Below the pieces are notes generated by a model that did not search any database, was not told the origin of the DNA, and worked only from the letters and a program-made list of their open reading frames with translations. A stretch of DNA of 61,845 nt, filler included, from Basidioascus undulatus (Eukaryota), in the NCBI GenBank assembly GCA_000826855.1. It is 5 parts of 5 records of this genome, joined end to end, with 100 filler letters (N's around TTAATTAATTAA, not from the genome) between each part and the next. Parts side by side here need not be neighbours in the genome. Positions count along the whole stretch, not along the records: positions 1 to 28,019 come from JTLS01000152.1; positions 28,120 to 35,706 come from JTLS01001521.1; positions 35,807 to 43,391 come from JTLS01001522.1; 2 more parts are not named here. One strand, given 5' to 3'. Positions 25,057 to 37,558 of the stretch are shown here, piece by piece (positions within the stretch are counted from its first letter, which is position 1; the number at the start of each line of letters is the position of its first letter). The position numbers and the translations under genes were made by a program.

Positions 25057-25664
25057 CCCCACCTGCTTTCGTTCCCATTTGATGTCTTGTCCCTCACCTA
25101 CGTTCGTCCTCCTCTCCGCATTGCTTACCCTCGCACCGTCGGCTTCATGCCCCTGAACCACCCTACGCCGAACCCTGTGCGTATGTGTCCAGGTTGACAT
25201 CCTCACTTTCACTACTTGCTCCGAATCTCTCGACCACATAGATACGCACCGCTATCGCATTACCATAAACCCCAGCAGTCCCCTTCTCATCTGCACCATC
25301 TTCGTCATTGCCCTTGATGTCCCAACTTTCGCCTTTCTCCTTCCGCCTTCGTCATTATCTTGCATGCAAATACGAACGATATCCCATAGACATCACATAC
25401 ACGTAGTAATCGAGAATATCATCGGATTCACAGGAAGATCGGTGGAAGACTGGCTGAAAGCATGTGTCGGTGCCATTCACGCTGTTCTTCTTCAGCTTGC
25501 CAGATATGAAACAATCCACACCATCTTCCGAATGGTTGGGCACAACCGTACCACATATGATCCCAGCCTGACAATAGGCATAGATATCAACACTACTGAA
25601 GGCTTCGTGGGAGGTATATCAAGCAGATGCCAAAAACATTTAATTAACGCCTTTCTTGTCGTGA

Positions 25665-25736
25665 AGCTTGATGGCGCAGGGGAAGCGCGGTGGGCTCATA
25701 ACCCACAGGTCTCTGGATCGAAACCAGATCAAGCTA
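25665..25736 (+). tRNA. initiator tRNA-Met (CAT)
   Basis: 72-nt cloverleaf with acceptor AGCTTGA...TCAAGCT-A and an A1:U72 pair. Anticodon arm GTGGG-CTCATAA-CCCAC has three G:C pairs and the T-loop reads GATCGAAA. T-run terminator follows. Confidence 0.97.
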
Positions 25737-27073
25737 TCTTTTTTTATTTCAGTTTGTCATGCTTGATCTACCTTTTTCTGGGCGTCAGTCTCTCGTTTTG
25801 CTGTTCTATCTTTTTCTATACTGGCGATGATTGTTGGCATCATTGGAGCATCCCAGGAGCCTCTTGACAGGTGAATGGGACTCATGGCATAATGGTTGTA
25901 GGTGCCTGCCTGCCTTGTGCCCTGTTGGTCATTAAGTTTAGTAATGCTGCAATCTGTCTGCACTCGCCACTAATGGAGCTGTAGCTGGCTTTCAAGCTGG
26001 CATGCATGTTAACAACATAATTGCAATATTCCATATTTTTGTGTCTATCTGCCTGATTCACTATGAGCTGAACCTCTGGCAAGGCTGTCCCCTGTTTTGG
26101 TCTTGGTTTTCAGGTTTTATGTGGCCTTGAAATGGCATTGAGCCATCTTTAGTGACCTTGGAACCTGGAAAACTTAGAACTGATCATCCACAGCCACTGG
26201 CTTGCACTCCTTTAGTTTTGCATTGCCATTTACTGCTTCACTTTATGCTGCATCTGTCAATTCAAGCCTGCAAAGTGTAGACAGCTTGTCAGCTCATTGT
26301 TAACCTCTTTATGAACCTGCACCAATGTGCAAAAAACCAGTGCACACACTCTCTTGTGCAGAGCAGTCTCAGATGTCATCCTGTGTAGTTGGTTGCTCTG
26401 CTCTATCAGGCCTATGTGAGTCTTCTGTTCTGAAACATGTAAATGTGCAAGCAGTCTCTCACAGGGAAGTCTTGCCCTGAGCACCTTCACACCCTCTGCA
26501 GACATACAGGAGGACCTAGGCATGGTTACACTGAGTGCAACACAACAGCTTCTGGAAAACATAGCATGAGAAGTAGTTACCAAGCTGACATGTTCACAAT
26601 TGCAAATTTGTGTTGCAGAAGCTGCTCATCTTAAGCTAGTGCAGCATTTAGAAGCATGAAACAAACATGTTTGGTGTACTAGTAGCATAGGTGAGCAGTG
26701 GGGGTCTGGTTCTGGGAACAGCAGAGGAGCAACAGCAGGAACAGTAATGGAGCTAGAAAGGAGCAGGAGTCTAGGCTGGGAATCAAGCAAAAGATGCCCG
26801 GGGGTCAAGAGCGTAAAGCCTAGGTTCAAGAGTTCAAAAGCCTGGAAGTTGCAGGCTGCAATGCATTATGGGAGGGCTGCAGCATGGAGTAGCAATGAGT
26901 GGGGAGGAAACAGTGGAGATCCTTCCTTGTAGTATGCACCTTGTTTTCCCTACTGGATGGTGACTATATGATAAGTACCGTAGTTACTTATGGCCCTTGT
27001 GCAGAAGTGGCCCTTGTTTCCCTCTTCATTAAACAAGTGGTCAGATATATGAATTGGGAACCAACTATCTAAG

Positions 27074-27159
27074 CTCTCCTTAGCTCAGTTGGAAGAGCGC
27101 GAGACTGTAACGTCAATCTGATCATCTTGAGGTCCCTGGTTCGATCCCGGGAGGGGAGA
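27074..27159 (+). tRNA. tRNA-Tyr (GTA) with ~13-nt intron
   Basis: Acceptor CTCTCCT/AGGGGAG (C1:G72), D arm GCTCAGTTGGAAGAGC, anticodon arm CGAGA-CTGTAA[intron]A-TCTTG, T arm GGTTCGATCC. Confidence 0.95.
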
Positions 27160-28019
27160 TATTTTGGTAATTTTCGTTACTTTTCACTGCATTGATTCTG
27201 CATTGTTTGCAAAGAACATAAGTCGAAGTGCCAGTCAGAGAAGCATGCAACATGGCTGGAAACTGGCAGTTGATAAAGAAGCACCATACCCAGATTGGTT
27301 GGGTCAATATGGAGGTTGAGACATACACAAAAGCATGCCAGTCAGCAACAGTGTACCTGGGCCCATTAGGCAGAGACAGAGGGTAATACTAGTAGGACTG
27401 CAGAGGTTCTGCATGGCAATAGATATATATACTCAGCCTCAGCCCAGTGCAAGACCAGTTTTCTAGCCTTGTTGTCATCCTTGATGTGGTGTGGCCACTT
27501 CTTGTCCAGTTTTGCCCTTGCAGCAGTGGGAGGGACTCACCATGGTCCAGCAGTAACCCTCTTTCATCTGGACCTTGGTGATGTTAGCAGTGTTGAAGCT
27601 CTGGTAGTAATCATCCTCATGCTGAACTTGTGCACCTGTTGAGCTTATAACTTGCACACCCAAACACAACTGAGATTTGGGCATCAATAATGCAGGGTCT
27701 CTTATACCTGAACCCCTCCCCTGATTATGTAAGGAGGTAGCCAAATCTGGGGGTCCCTGAACCTGAAGTTAATTTTCAGCACTGTGGTTGTCAGGACTTG
27801 ACTGGGTAAGACAGACTGCAGCGGGGATTACCAGCAGGGTTGGTGGCAAGATGCAGGATGTTGGCGAGGAATAGAGGACAAGGTTAAGAGGAGGGCAAGA
27901 GAGAACAAGACTGGATGAGGGACAGGGGAAGAAGGGAGGGGGGGTTCTTATACTGTGGAGAGACAAAGGGAGGCCAGGAGTACAATAGCTTGATGGAAGG
28001 GACAAAGGAAGGCAAGGAG

Positions 28020-28119
28020 NNNNNNNNNNNNNNNNNNNNNNNNNNNNNNNNNNNNNNNNNNNNTTAATTAATTAANNNNNNNNNNNNNNNNNNNNNNNNN
28101 NNNNNNNNNNNNNNNNNNN
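28020..28119. other. assembly gap with TTAATTAATTAA spacer
   Basis: N-run, TTAATTAATTAA, N-run, 100 nt in total. Identical to the other three spacers. Confidence 0.98.
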
Positions 28120-28242
28120 CTCAAGAACACTTAAAAGGTGTCCTGCATCGCACCTGGACTTTTCCACCCATCTCACCCTCTTCCCAACAGTCCCTCGACA
28201 CTCCCATTCACTCGTTCAATCGCATACATCCCTCCTTCCGAA

Positions 28243-29319
28243 ATGCGTTCCCCTCTCTACCTCTCCGCCTTCGCCGCCCTCGTCGCCGTCTCCTTTGTCC
28301 AGGCTCAGCTCGCGGACGTCTGCGCGACTGTCGCCCTCGGCAGCATTGCGAATGTTGACCTCGCAGCAGGCAACTCCGCCCTCGTCCTCAACGCTGTCGC
28401 GGCGGCGCCCGATGGTCTTGTTGGGTTCCTCAACGGCCTCGCGAACGTCTGTCTCTGTGTCGACGCCCTGAACAGCGCCACCAACAACGTTGCTCAGGTC
28501 ACCGCCAGCGTGCAGCTTCGTGAGTCCGACTTCCACTTTCGATGGTCTCGGCAGCTCTTTCTGAGAGGTGGAGATAAGTCGGCGGCATGGGACTCCCCAT
28601 CACCGTTCAAGTCGACCTCAACGTTCCTGCCGACGCTGCCATCGACGCTGTGAGTCTCCCCGAACCGTGCAGAGCGCGAAGAGATGTACTTATTCTGCTA
28701 CGCTGTGTAGGTTCTCGGCGCGAACACCGAAGGCGGAGCCTGCCGTCGCAACCCCTCCCTTTCCCCCACCTCTCCCGACCAGTGCACTTGCGCGCAGCCC
28801 TCGACGATAGCCCGCAAGCGTCGTCTTGCGCAGACGCTCATGCTCACCGGCCCCAAGTCCGAGTGCCCCAACAAGAAGACCCGCTGCCCGATCGCCGGTA
28901 TGACCGACGACGAGGACGCTTTCGAGTGCCTTGACGTGAGTGGGGGTTTAATATTATCGTTTTCTCGAAACGTTCCTCTGACGCGACTACTCGTGTATCA
29001 GACTCGCGTCGAGCTCGAGTCTTGCGGTGGCTGCGCGAGCATCGGCAGCGGTCTCAACTGCATGGAGGTCGCCAAGCAGACAGAGGGCGTCGACACCTTT
29101 GGCATGCAGTGCATCAAGTCCAAGTCTGTCCCAAAGCCCCTCGTTGCTTTCCATCTCAACTAATCACGCATTCCCATCTGCAGGTGCACGGTCACCAAGT
29201 GCAAGGCCGGCTACCGCCTGTCCGTCCGCACCCAGTCTTGCGTTCCCTTCTGTACGTCGTTGGCTTGATTATTAACCTGAAAAAAAACATCTCTGATCAT
29301 TATGCACCTTCTCATAGAA
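28243..29319 (+). CDS. secreted cysteine-rich PriA/CPL1-like protein
   Basis: Signal peptide MRSPLYLSAFAALVAVSFVQA, an N-terminal CLCV motif, and C-terminal CPNKKTRCPI...FECLDTRVELESCGGC...GLNC...CIKSKCTVTKCKAGY, the PriA/CPL1 Cys pattern. Confidence 0.88.
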
Positions 29320-29814
29320 TCGCCTCACTTCCTGAACACTCCTTGGGCGTCTGGCGACCTTGAAACATTCACACATTCGTTTCTGGATACTTTTGCTTCT
29401 CGTGCATATTCTTTCATTTGTGGTCACTATCTATATCCCGGAATAAATCGGTCATGCTGCGATCGACGCGCATAAATTTTCACTGCGATGACTCGTGCTG
29501 TGCAGTGCTGTCGTGTCACGCCAGCGGGCATTCTTGAGTGGTGGACCGTGCGCTGCACATGGCTCGCAAACGGATCTGACCACTGCAACCGAAGCCGCAG
29601 AGCGCGCGTTGAACAAACTTCACTGCCGATTGGGTTTTCTACGACCAACTCTTGCAGAAAGAAATATGGGCGAGTCCCAAACACCTGGCGACTGCTGGGA
29701 AGTTTGATATCAAAATGACGTCAGATTTGCGTGAAGCAAGAAGACGTCTTCTCGTCGACAACTCTTCTCTCCTCCTTCCTCCAACCCATCCATCACCATA
29801 CATCAACCACAGTT

Positions 29815-30505
29815 AACCTTCCTTACTCTCCACTACTCAACCACGTCCTCCCTCCCCGCTCTCGCTCCCCTCTCATCCCTCTCCCCAACCATCCTCCGCA
29901 TCCCCGCCCACCCGCCGTTTCCCAACACCTCCATCTCTGACCTCCCAGCAGTGATCTATCGCCCATTCTCCGACACGTCCGAGAAGCATGCGACCTCCCT
30001 CGATCCCTTCGCAATCGAAGAGCTGGTTGAGAAGAATGGATTCGAGCCGGCTTGGAGGTTCGGGATGTATGATTTCGATCATTTTCATTCGACGTGCGTG
30101 TCTTCCTGTCGCGTTCAATGCGCCTACGGCGAATGGCTTAGTAATACTCACACGAGCAGGACTCAGGAGCTTCTCATACCGTACCGCGGCCACGCCACCC
30201 TCATCCTCGGCACGACGCACCGCGTCGACGTGCGCGCAGGCAACGTGCTCCTCCTGCCCGCGGGGCTCGCGCACCGCAGTCTGAAGCAGGAAGACGGGTT
30301 CAGCATGGTGGGAGCCTACCCTGCTGGGTCGAAGCAGTGGGATACGTGTAGGGGTGGAGAGAATGGGGTGGAGGAACGGATTAAGGCGTTGGGCAAAGGA
30401 GGCGTGTGGCGAGACCCGGTTTATGGTGGGGTGAAGGGCACGCCTGTGGGAGATGCGTGGGACCTGGGAGGGGATGAGAAATTATCCATCTTTGATGATG
30501 CATAA
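29815..30505 (+). CDS. YjlB-like cupin-domain protein (5' end unresolved, possibly decaying)
   Basis: LPNHP..VIYR...NGFEPAWRFGMYDFDHFHSTTQELL..YRGHATLILG...VRAGNVLLLPAGLAHRSL...FSMVGAYP...WD...DPVYG. No in-frame ATG found. Confidence 0.8.
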
Positions 30506-31885
30506 TAGAAGCAACTCGTGCTATGTACCTGGGGACTGGGTGGCTCGGCACGTCCGGTCTTCAACATGCCGAGACCGCCCAGGCAGCTTTATCCAACATG
30601 GGATGGTCCCTTAGGAAACCTGGGTGTATTGGAAAGTTTCTCAGATTGGGGTAAGAGTAAGAGTTTTGACCACCTCGGCAGCTTGCACGAGCGTCGGTCT
30701 TTTAAAAGAACGGCGTCGACAACGCGCACGTGAGCGCAGGGGGCCTTGTCCTGAACTTGTACAACGGACACAAGAACTAGCGTCCAAGCAGCAAGAAAGT
30801 AATAAAGTTTAGCCTCAAGTAAGGATGTTTTGCAGAACTGACCCCCTCCCGTCTGCCACACAGGCGATTGTGAGTCCGGGCATGAAGGCCGCACAGTTAG
30901 TCTGTGCTTCTTCCATCACGAGATCGAAAAAAGTCGCAGAATCAGGATTGTAGGAGGTATCTCTTGTTAGTTGGCAGCATCCGGAACGGCCAACATTCAA
31001 GTTCTAAGATGCAGATGCAGGAAGGGCGCATGCAGATACTTGTGGTGCCTGAAACGTACGGTGGAGATCCTAAAGCAATGAGAAACAATGTCCCAATATA
31101 ACGGAGCCAACAAGAGCTAAGGTCAGATAAAGAGGTGTCATGCTCAGGCATGTTCGGCGCAGACTGTCCTGCTGGGAAAGACGATCACTACCAGGCTCTC
31201 GGTGCTGGTACTTAGGCTTCAAAATTTCTCTCAGCACCAGCATACACTTGGTCACCGTCACATTTCTTCACTGAGCTGCCTGCAGTTCTGCGAGTCCGGT
31301 TGCCGTGCCCTCATGCAGATTTCAAATGAAAGAGGTACAGTCCGTTCCTGATCGAACCCGTCTCATTTTGGCCTTACTCGAGCTCCTTTTGTAAGCCTCA
31401 CAGCTCACTTGCCTACGGCCAAATTTGCAGTGCTGCCGCCATAAAAACGATGGAAACACCTCATCAGCGAGTTCCGCTGTTCCGGCCCGAAGGCCGGTGG
31501 GCTACACAGTAGGCAGGACTCTCCAGCTTCACATGAAAGTTGAGGTTGAGAAGCAGCCCGTCCGCAACATATATTCCAACGTTCAAAACTGCAGGATCGT
31601 ACTTTCCAGATGCGGCCAGCACTCAGCGGACGAGGAGCCGGAGGCGGTGCAGCGGCGGTCTAATCGCACGTTTGCTGATGCTGACGGACGTTCTAGCACC
31701 GGCCGTCTTTGCCCCTGATTCAGCTGGTTCCGTCGTTTCATTCCCCTTCCGGCCTTGCCTTCTTGCCCTTGGCCCTCGCTCCATCACGCCCTTGCACGAC
31801 CTCACATTCCACGACCCCTTACGCTCATAACGCGTCTATACGCCCCTCCCCCTCCGCCCAACACCCTCTGCCGAATCGCTTGATC

Positions 31886-32882
31886 ATGCTCGCTGCGCCG
31901 CTGACGCTCCTCCTCGCCGCCGCCGCATCGCTCTCGTCCGCCGCGCCGCTGCTCAAGCGGGATGTCGGGGTGGTGGCATTCGGGGCTCCGGTATGCCAAC
32001 CCATCAAGCACGCAGACGATAGGGCGTTGCTTATGTGGGTGGATCTGTGGACGGGGCAGATTGTGTCCGCGAAGCCGCTCAACGTCGTAGACCCGACGGC
32101 GGACGAGGACGTGCCCGTCAGCCTGAGCGCGAACGGCTCACTCGCGCTCTTCGGGTCTGGCGAGTCGGGGTACACTGAAGTGCAGTTCGACTTCCTGCCC
32201 TCCAACAGCTCGTTCATGTGCGTGCACCCTCTGTCCACCCATGCTATCTACCCCCTCCCCATCTAACACCTTCGCGAACAGGGCATACAAGCCGACGGAC
32301 GAGCTCAAGTATGGTGCGTTGCTGTCCACCTCTAACCCCTACAGGCGTTATTACTGACTGCGGGCTCTAACCTACAGGCCACCTGGCGCAGCACGGCAAC
32401 AGCAGCGCGCACGTAACGGTCAACTGGCCAGGGCGCGCCTCCGGCCAGACGCCGTACTTCTCTAGCCCGTTCATCTCGGACGACTCGAGCCAGGTGCGCT
32501 ACGGCCCTCTTCCCTCCATCTTTATTCTCGACCAACTCACACTCCGCTCTTTGCGCGTCGGTAGATGCTCCAAACGTTCCAACTGTACGTCTCCCCCACG
32601 GGGTACCTTCGGGCCCCTAAGTGCGCCTCGCTGAACGCCGCTGTTCTGTTGCTCGCATAGGAACACCACCGACGGGTCGATCACCTTCCTCGGCGCCCCC
32701 GCATGGGGTCTCCCCGGCTACACTGGGCCGTTCTACCCGGAAGAGCCGGCAGGGACGGGCGCGCAGCTGTACGCATGCACCGTATCGACCCTACCCCCCA
32801 CTCAGCCGGCTAACCACCCCTTCGTCCCACTCACAGGCTGCACCTCACCAACTCCACGACCGCCAAGCTGATTCTCGGCTAG
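31886..32882 (+). CDS. small secreted protein of unknown function, multi-exon
   Basis: Signal peptide MLAAPLTLLLAAAASLSSA followed by APLLKR (Kex2-type dibasic site). About seven short exons with canonical introns, ending TAKLILG*. Confidence 0.75.
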
Positions 32883-33156
32883 GACCACTTACGAGCACGC
32901 ATTTTCTTTTCACCTCGCCTCTTCTTAGCACGTCTATTCTTTCATGACTGCATCGCTTTCACGATTCGGACATTACTTTTTCTCTCTGACATCGTATCTT
33001 CTGCCCTGTAATCATTCTTATCTTCTTCTCGGTCACGCTTGTACGACACGGACTTGTAGCCTAGGAATCACTTTGCAATGAAATGATGGAACGATGGAGC
33101 AACTGTGACTGTGTGCCGCTGAGGGGTCTGGTCGCGTGGAGCAGAGCCGTTCAGGA

Positions 33157-35706
33157 TCAGCTTATCGCTGTTCTCACAGCCCCCACGCAGTAGCACATGG
33201 CAATCGTGCCGTCGTGCAATCTCATGACCCCGACCCTGTCCCCGACGGCCCCGCCGCCAGCGCATCCTTCGCCCCCTCCAGCTCCTTCACCATAGCAGTA
33301 TACGACACCGTGCGCATCAACTCGAAAACATGGTCGCGCGCGCCCGCGGTCGTGTCGACCAAGCTCGGTTTGCGCTCCGCCAGCTTGAGCCCGACGACGC
33401 GGACTTTGCCCGTCCCGCGCGCCCACGCGCACCGGATTTCGCGCCCGTGCAGCGTGACGTGCCAGAGGCGGGCGTTGGAGAGCTGTGGGGGTATGCGGCG
33501 GGCTTTTATCAGTAAAGGAAGGGGAGGAAGGGAGGAAAGAGACTTGCTATCCGGACTTCAATATACTCCGGTGAGAAGAGGAGCAGGAACGGCCCGTCGA
33601 CAGCTGCGTCTCGGACGGTCCCTTCCCAGCGGACGACGTGCGCCCGTCGGAGCGGGGCACCCGTGCAGCTGATGAAGACGCCGAGCGCTGTGGGTCCCGA
33701 GTCCTGCAGCGTGAGCGAGCAATCGCAAACCAAGCAATCTCGGTGCGAGACGCACTGTCGTAGACAAGCAGATACTCATCCTTCGCAGACGGGAAGATCC
33801 CGAGCGGGCGTGAGTCAAGGACAAGATCGCGCAGGGCACCGAGCGCGCGGGCGTGGTCGTACGCCATCTCGCCGGCCATCTTGATCTCGGGGACCTCGAG
33901 GGTGCGCGTCGGTCTGCGCGCCGGGATCGTTGCGTATCAGCAGCTGTCGACGGAGCGGGAGTGGGAGATGAGACGCACTCGAGAGGGTTGATGAGCGTGA
34001 AGCGGCCTTGGGAGAGGAGCGCGATCTTGCTCGTGCCGGGGAAGCAGATGTCGAGAACCTCTGCGGGGATGTTGAGCGGCTGCGAAAGAGCGGGTCAGCC
34101 TGCCAGTGCACCACTCGAGCGTCGCGGTGGATTGCTCAGCGACGCACCGACCCATAGTCCTTCACCCAGTCCTCCCGCTTCGACTTGAGGTTGAGCGACC
34201 GGAGCAGCGCGTCGCTGCGCGCCTTGATCGTAAGCGGCTGGAGTGCGCACACCGTCTGCTGATGAAAGCGGCGATTTGAGGCATAGACGACTGTTCCCCA
34301 CCCCAATCCCCATCAGCTCTCTCTCTCTCTTTCTCTCCCGACCGTGTAAAATCACCAAGCCTCACCGATAGTGCGGTTCTCCACTGTCCCCGCACGTACA
34401 AACAGGACCTTCTCCGACCCGCGGTTGAGCGTACGCCCCCCCGGCGTGCGCCGTGGGCCCTGCGCCGACGTCGGAAGGATCTCCTCGAGGTCGTACGCCC
34501 ACAGGACGGTGTCGCACAGGACGAGCATGATGCCGTGCTTGGGGAGGACGAGCACCTGCTCCACGGAGGGGAGCTTGATGACTCGGCGCATGGCTGCGTA
34601 GAGTGCCACAACTCGTCAACTGGGGGTTCCTGTAGCTCGAGTAGAGGAGAGAAGACGCACAGGAAGGGTCGCCTCGATAACTGAGGAACACGCCGGTCGG
34701 ACAGGAGATGGCGATGAAGTCGGATTGGGACCAGCGGAATGGGCACGCAGACGTGACGCGCCCCGGCGCGGTCCTGTCGATTTCGAACCCGGGGGCTTGC
34801 CGAAAGGTGTTGGAGGAGATGGTCGAGACGGAGAAGATCCGGTTCGCTTCGATCCTCGCCCGCCGAACGGCAATCGCGTCCCGGATCTGCCGGCGACAGC
34901 AGACGAGTCAGCTACCCACACGAAAGGGGGAGTTTCGCAACTCGGACAGCGTCGCCTCACCGCTGTCTTCCACCGGTCCCGCTCGCGCTCCGACGATGCG
35001 TACAACTTGTACTCCTTCCCGCTGCCGAGGTGACGGATACGGAAGCCATGGACGACGCGCTCGGGCTCGATCTGGGTGAAGAGGATGCGGGAGCCTAGTT
35101 TCCCGCACCGCGAGAGCAACGAGTAAGCGAGCTGTCGGAGGGAAAATGGAAGTAAGGGAGAAGGACCGTCTGCACGGCGCTGTGTATCGAACACGCATGC
35201 GGTGCGGTGCGTCGGGGAAGGGTTGACCTTGTCCAACCCGAGGAGCTCGAGGGGTATTGGCTATCCATTCCTCCATTCTCGTCAGTCATCAAAGCGACGG
35301 CGAAGGTCCGCACGCAAGACCACATGAGCTCACCCGTGACGTTACAGCATATTTGACCGACCTGCCGTGTTCTTGCGCCTGGGTCATGACGACTGGTTCG
35401 TGCACGCCGCAAATCTGTTCAGCGACAGCCGAAACAAGGTGTGGAAAATATGCGGGGAAGGAAACGCACGGTAGTTGTCGAAGAGGACGACCTGGTAGCC
35501 GTTCCAGCCGTGGGAGAGGTAGTTGTCCAGCAGGCTCTTCTGGCGCCATCTGGGGAGATTCGCAACCAGCCAGCCAGCGGGTCAGTCCGTGCCTGCGCTA
35601 CCCTAAGGACATGAGCAGAGAGGAGACTCACAGCAGCCCATCATGCACCAGCGTCCTCGTCTCATCAAGCAAGTTCATATCCTGCCCCTTCCCCCATCTC
35701 AGCATC
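33157..35706 (-). CDS. PH-CNH domain protein, Rom1/2- or Tus1-like Rho GEF family (5' part lost in gap)
   Basis: PH-like IRHLGSGKEYKLYASSERERDRWK. CNH motifs MRRVIKLPSVEQVLVLPKHGIMLVLCDTVLWAYDL, RPLGIF..KDEYLLVYD..GVFI and VRWEG......GPFLLLFSPEYIEVR. The DH domain is not visible because of the gap. Confidence 0.85.
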
Positions 35707-35806
35707 NNNNNNNNNNNNNNNNNNNNNNNNNNNNNNNNNNNNNNNNNNNNTTAATTAATTAANNNNNNNNNNNNNNNNNNNNNNNNNNNNNNNNNNNNNN
35801 NNNNNN
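35707..35806. other. assembly gap with TTAATTAATTAA spacer
   Basis: N-run, TTAATTAATTAA, N-run. Confidence 0.98.
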
Positions 35807-36234
35807 GGGGGGGGGGGGTTTGGGGCGAGAAAGAGGAGAGATGCGTGAAGAGAAGCGAGCATGTACCAACAGCGACGCCGCAAATCTGTCTTTTTATTGA
35901 TTCCAATCCTAGAATGCGAAGCGATGCGAACGTAGCGAGACTGCCCGCAGTCATGTGCGGAGATGTTTCAATCGCTTTCTGGCCAGATCGTGACGCCGAT
36001 TGTACTCGCGCAAAGAAGACAGGGTATCTCGCATGTGTCCTCCCGCAAAATATTCTATTCTTCGTTCCTTTTCCTCTCCAGGTCGTTGATCAAGATTCAA
36101 CACTTTCAATTCCAGGGCGGCCTGTCACTCACCGCCCGCGGCAACATGCTGGCGCCAACATCGAGCTCGAGCCTCGCAACCATCGCACTTAACCCTGCGC
36201 AACATCCAAGAAGAAGCGATATCTATGCGAATGC

Positions 36235-37558
36235 ATGAGCCTGCACGTCAGCCCGAAACAAACGCTACCGTTGGTCCAGTCTGGTGAATGCGATATCTTT
36301 CTCGGCCAACCAGGTGCCTTTACGCGTTGCACACATCAAGCTGACCGCTGCACCATGAGGGTCGTCTTCGCCTTCATACTCGAAAAGGGTCTCGAGCTCG
36401 AAGTCGCTGGTCTTCTCGCCGGCCCCGAAGTGGCGCAATGATGGGAGGCGTGCCTTGGACGTAATTTCGGGCCAGCCGCCGAGAAAAAAGCTCTAATACC
36501 AATCGCGGCAGTCAGAATTGTAGACAGGGATTTGAAGAACCAGGTCGTCAATGAGGGGGTGCGAGATGAAGTTCAGAGCGTCGTCGAAACGTTCATTGGG
36601 GCAGACTTCCAGATGGTACAGAACCGGGCAAATGCTGCCCAGGCGTTCAAAGTTGACCAGGCCATCACAGCACTCGAGGTGAAGACGGGTAGGGCGCCCC
36701 CTATGACCAGGGGTACCTCTGTAAGGCAAACTTCGGCATAACGTCCGAGCGTCAGCGACAGCTCCTCGAGCGAAGCAAGAAGAGCGTCTTTGGGATGGCC
36801 GTGGCCGACTGGCTCGAGTGGCGTTCGTGGGAGTCGAAGCTGAATACTCTAAGAAAAGGAAGATCAAAGCGACACTCGGGACCAATCGATGGACTCTCCG
36901 TTGTACAGCTCAGACCAAGACCAAGGACCTCGAGCTGTTTGCATCGCGAGAGTGTAGCGAAGATGTCCGTCGGTTGTGAAACCACCGCGATCTCGATATG
37001 CCGGAGCGATAGAGAATGTATCATAATCAAGCTGATGAGGCTGTCGGAGCAACACAAAAGCGACGCTAGATTGGCGAACCCTGGAAATGCGAACGTGACA
37101 CGCTCAACGCTGTCTGCAGCTCCGAGGACGCGTGCGACCTCGGCCTCGGCGGCGCTATTCAAGAAGTCCTGCCGGTCTGCCATTACACGTCCAGCGCGCG
37201 GACTTCCCGTCCCGCTTTGGCTTCATCGCGAGAGTCGCGGTCCAGAAGGTGTCGAACGAGACTGCGAACATGAGCGGATGTGCGCAGGCGAGAGTCCGAA
37301 GAAGCAGCGGCGACGCAATGTCCTGCAACGCCCAACGGCAGGATGGTTACTGGTGAGTTTGCTGGTAGCTTAAGCTGGATAAGAAAGAATGCCGTACCTT
37401 CCAGAGCTTGCACACTTAGCCAGGCACCGGAGAATAGTCCGAGTCGGGGAGGCCAGGGTAGCCCGAACCCTCGACGGCGAACTCGAACATGCGGTACCAG
37501 ACTTCATGTGGGAGTGCCGGGAGTACTTCCACGCAATAACAACTGTGTGGGCGGGCAT
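36235..37558 (-). pseudogene. F-box-like/LRR-like gene, frameshifted (3' end approximate)
   Basis: VLPALPHEVWYRMFEFAV...(frameshift or stop at ~37416)...VCKLWK then an intron. Downstream LRR-like LRHIEIAV...LSRCKQLEVLGL...FDLPFLRVFSF is split across frames. Confidence 0.6.

Noticed and set aside
25364..25867. 167-aa ORF spanning tRNA-iMet
   Set aside because: Chance read-through of the tRNA gene and its T-rich terminator, with no protein motif.
2597..35706. RhoGAP and Rho-GEF-like genes as a functional cluster
   Set aside because: About 28 kb apart, separated by many unrelated genes and an assembly gap.
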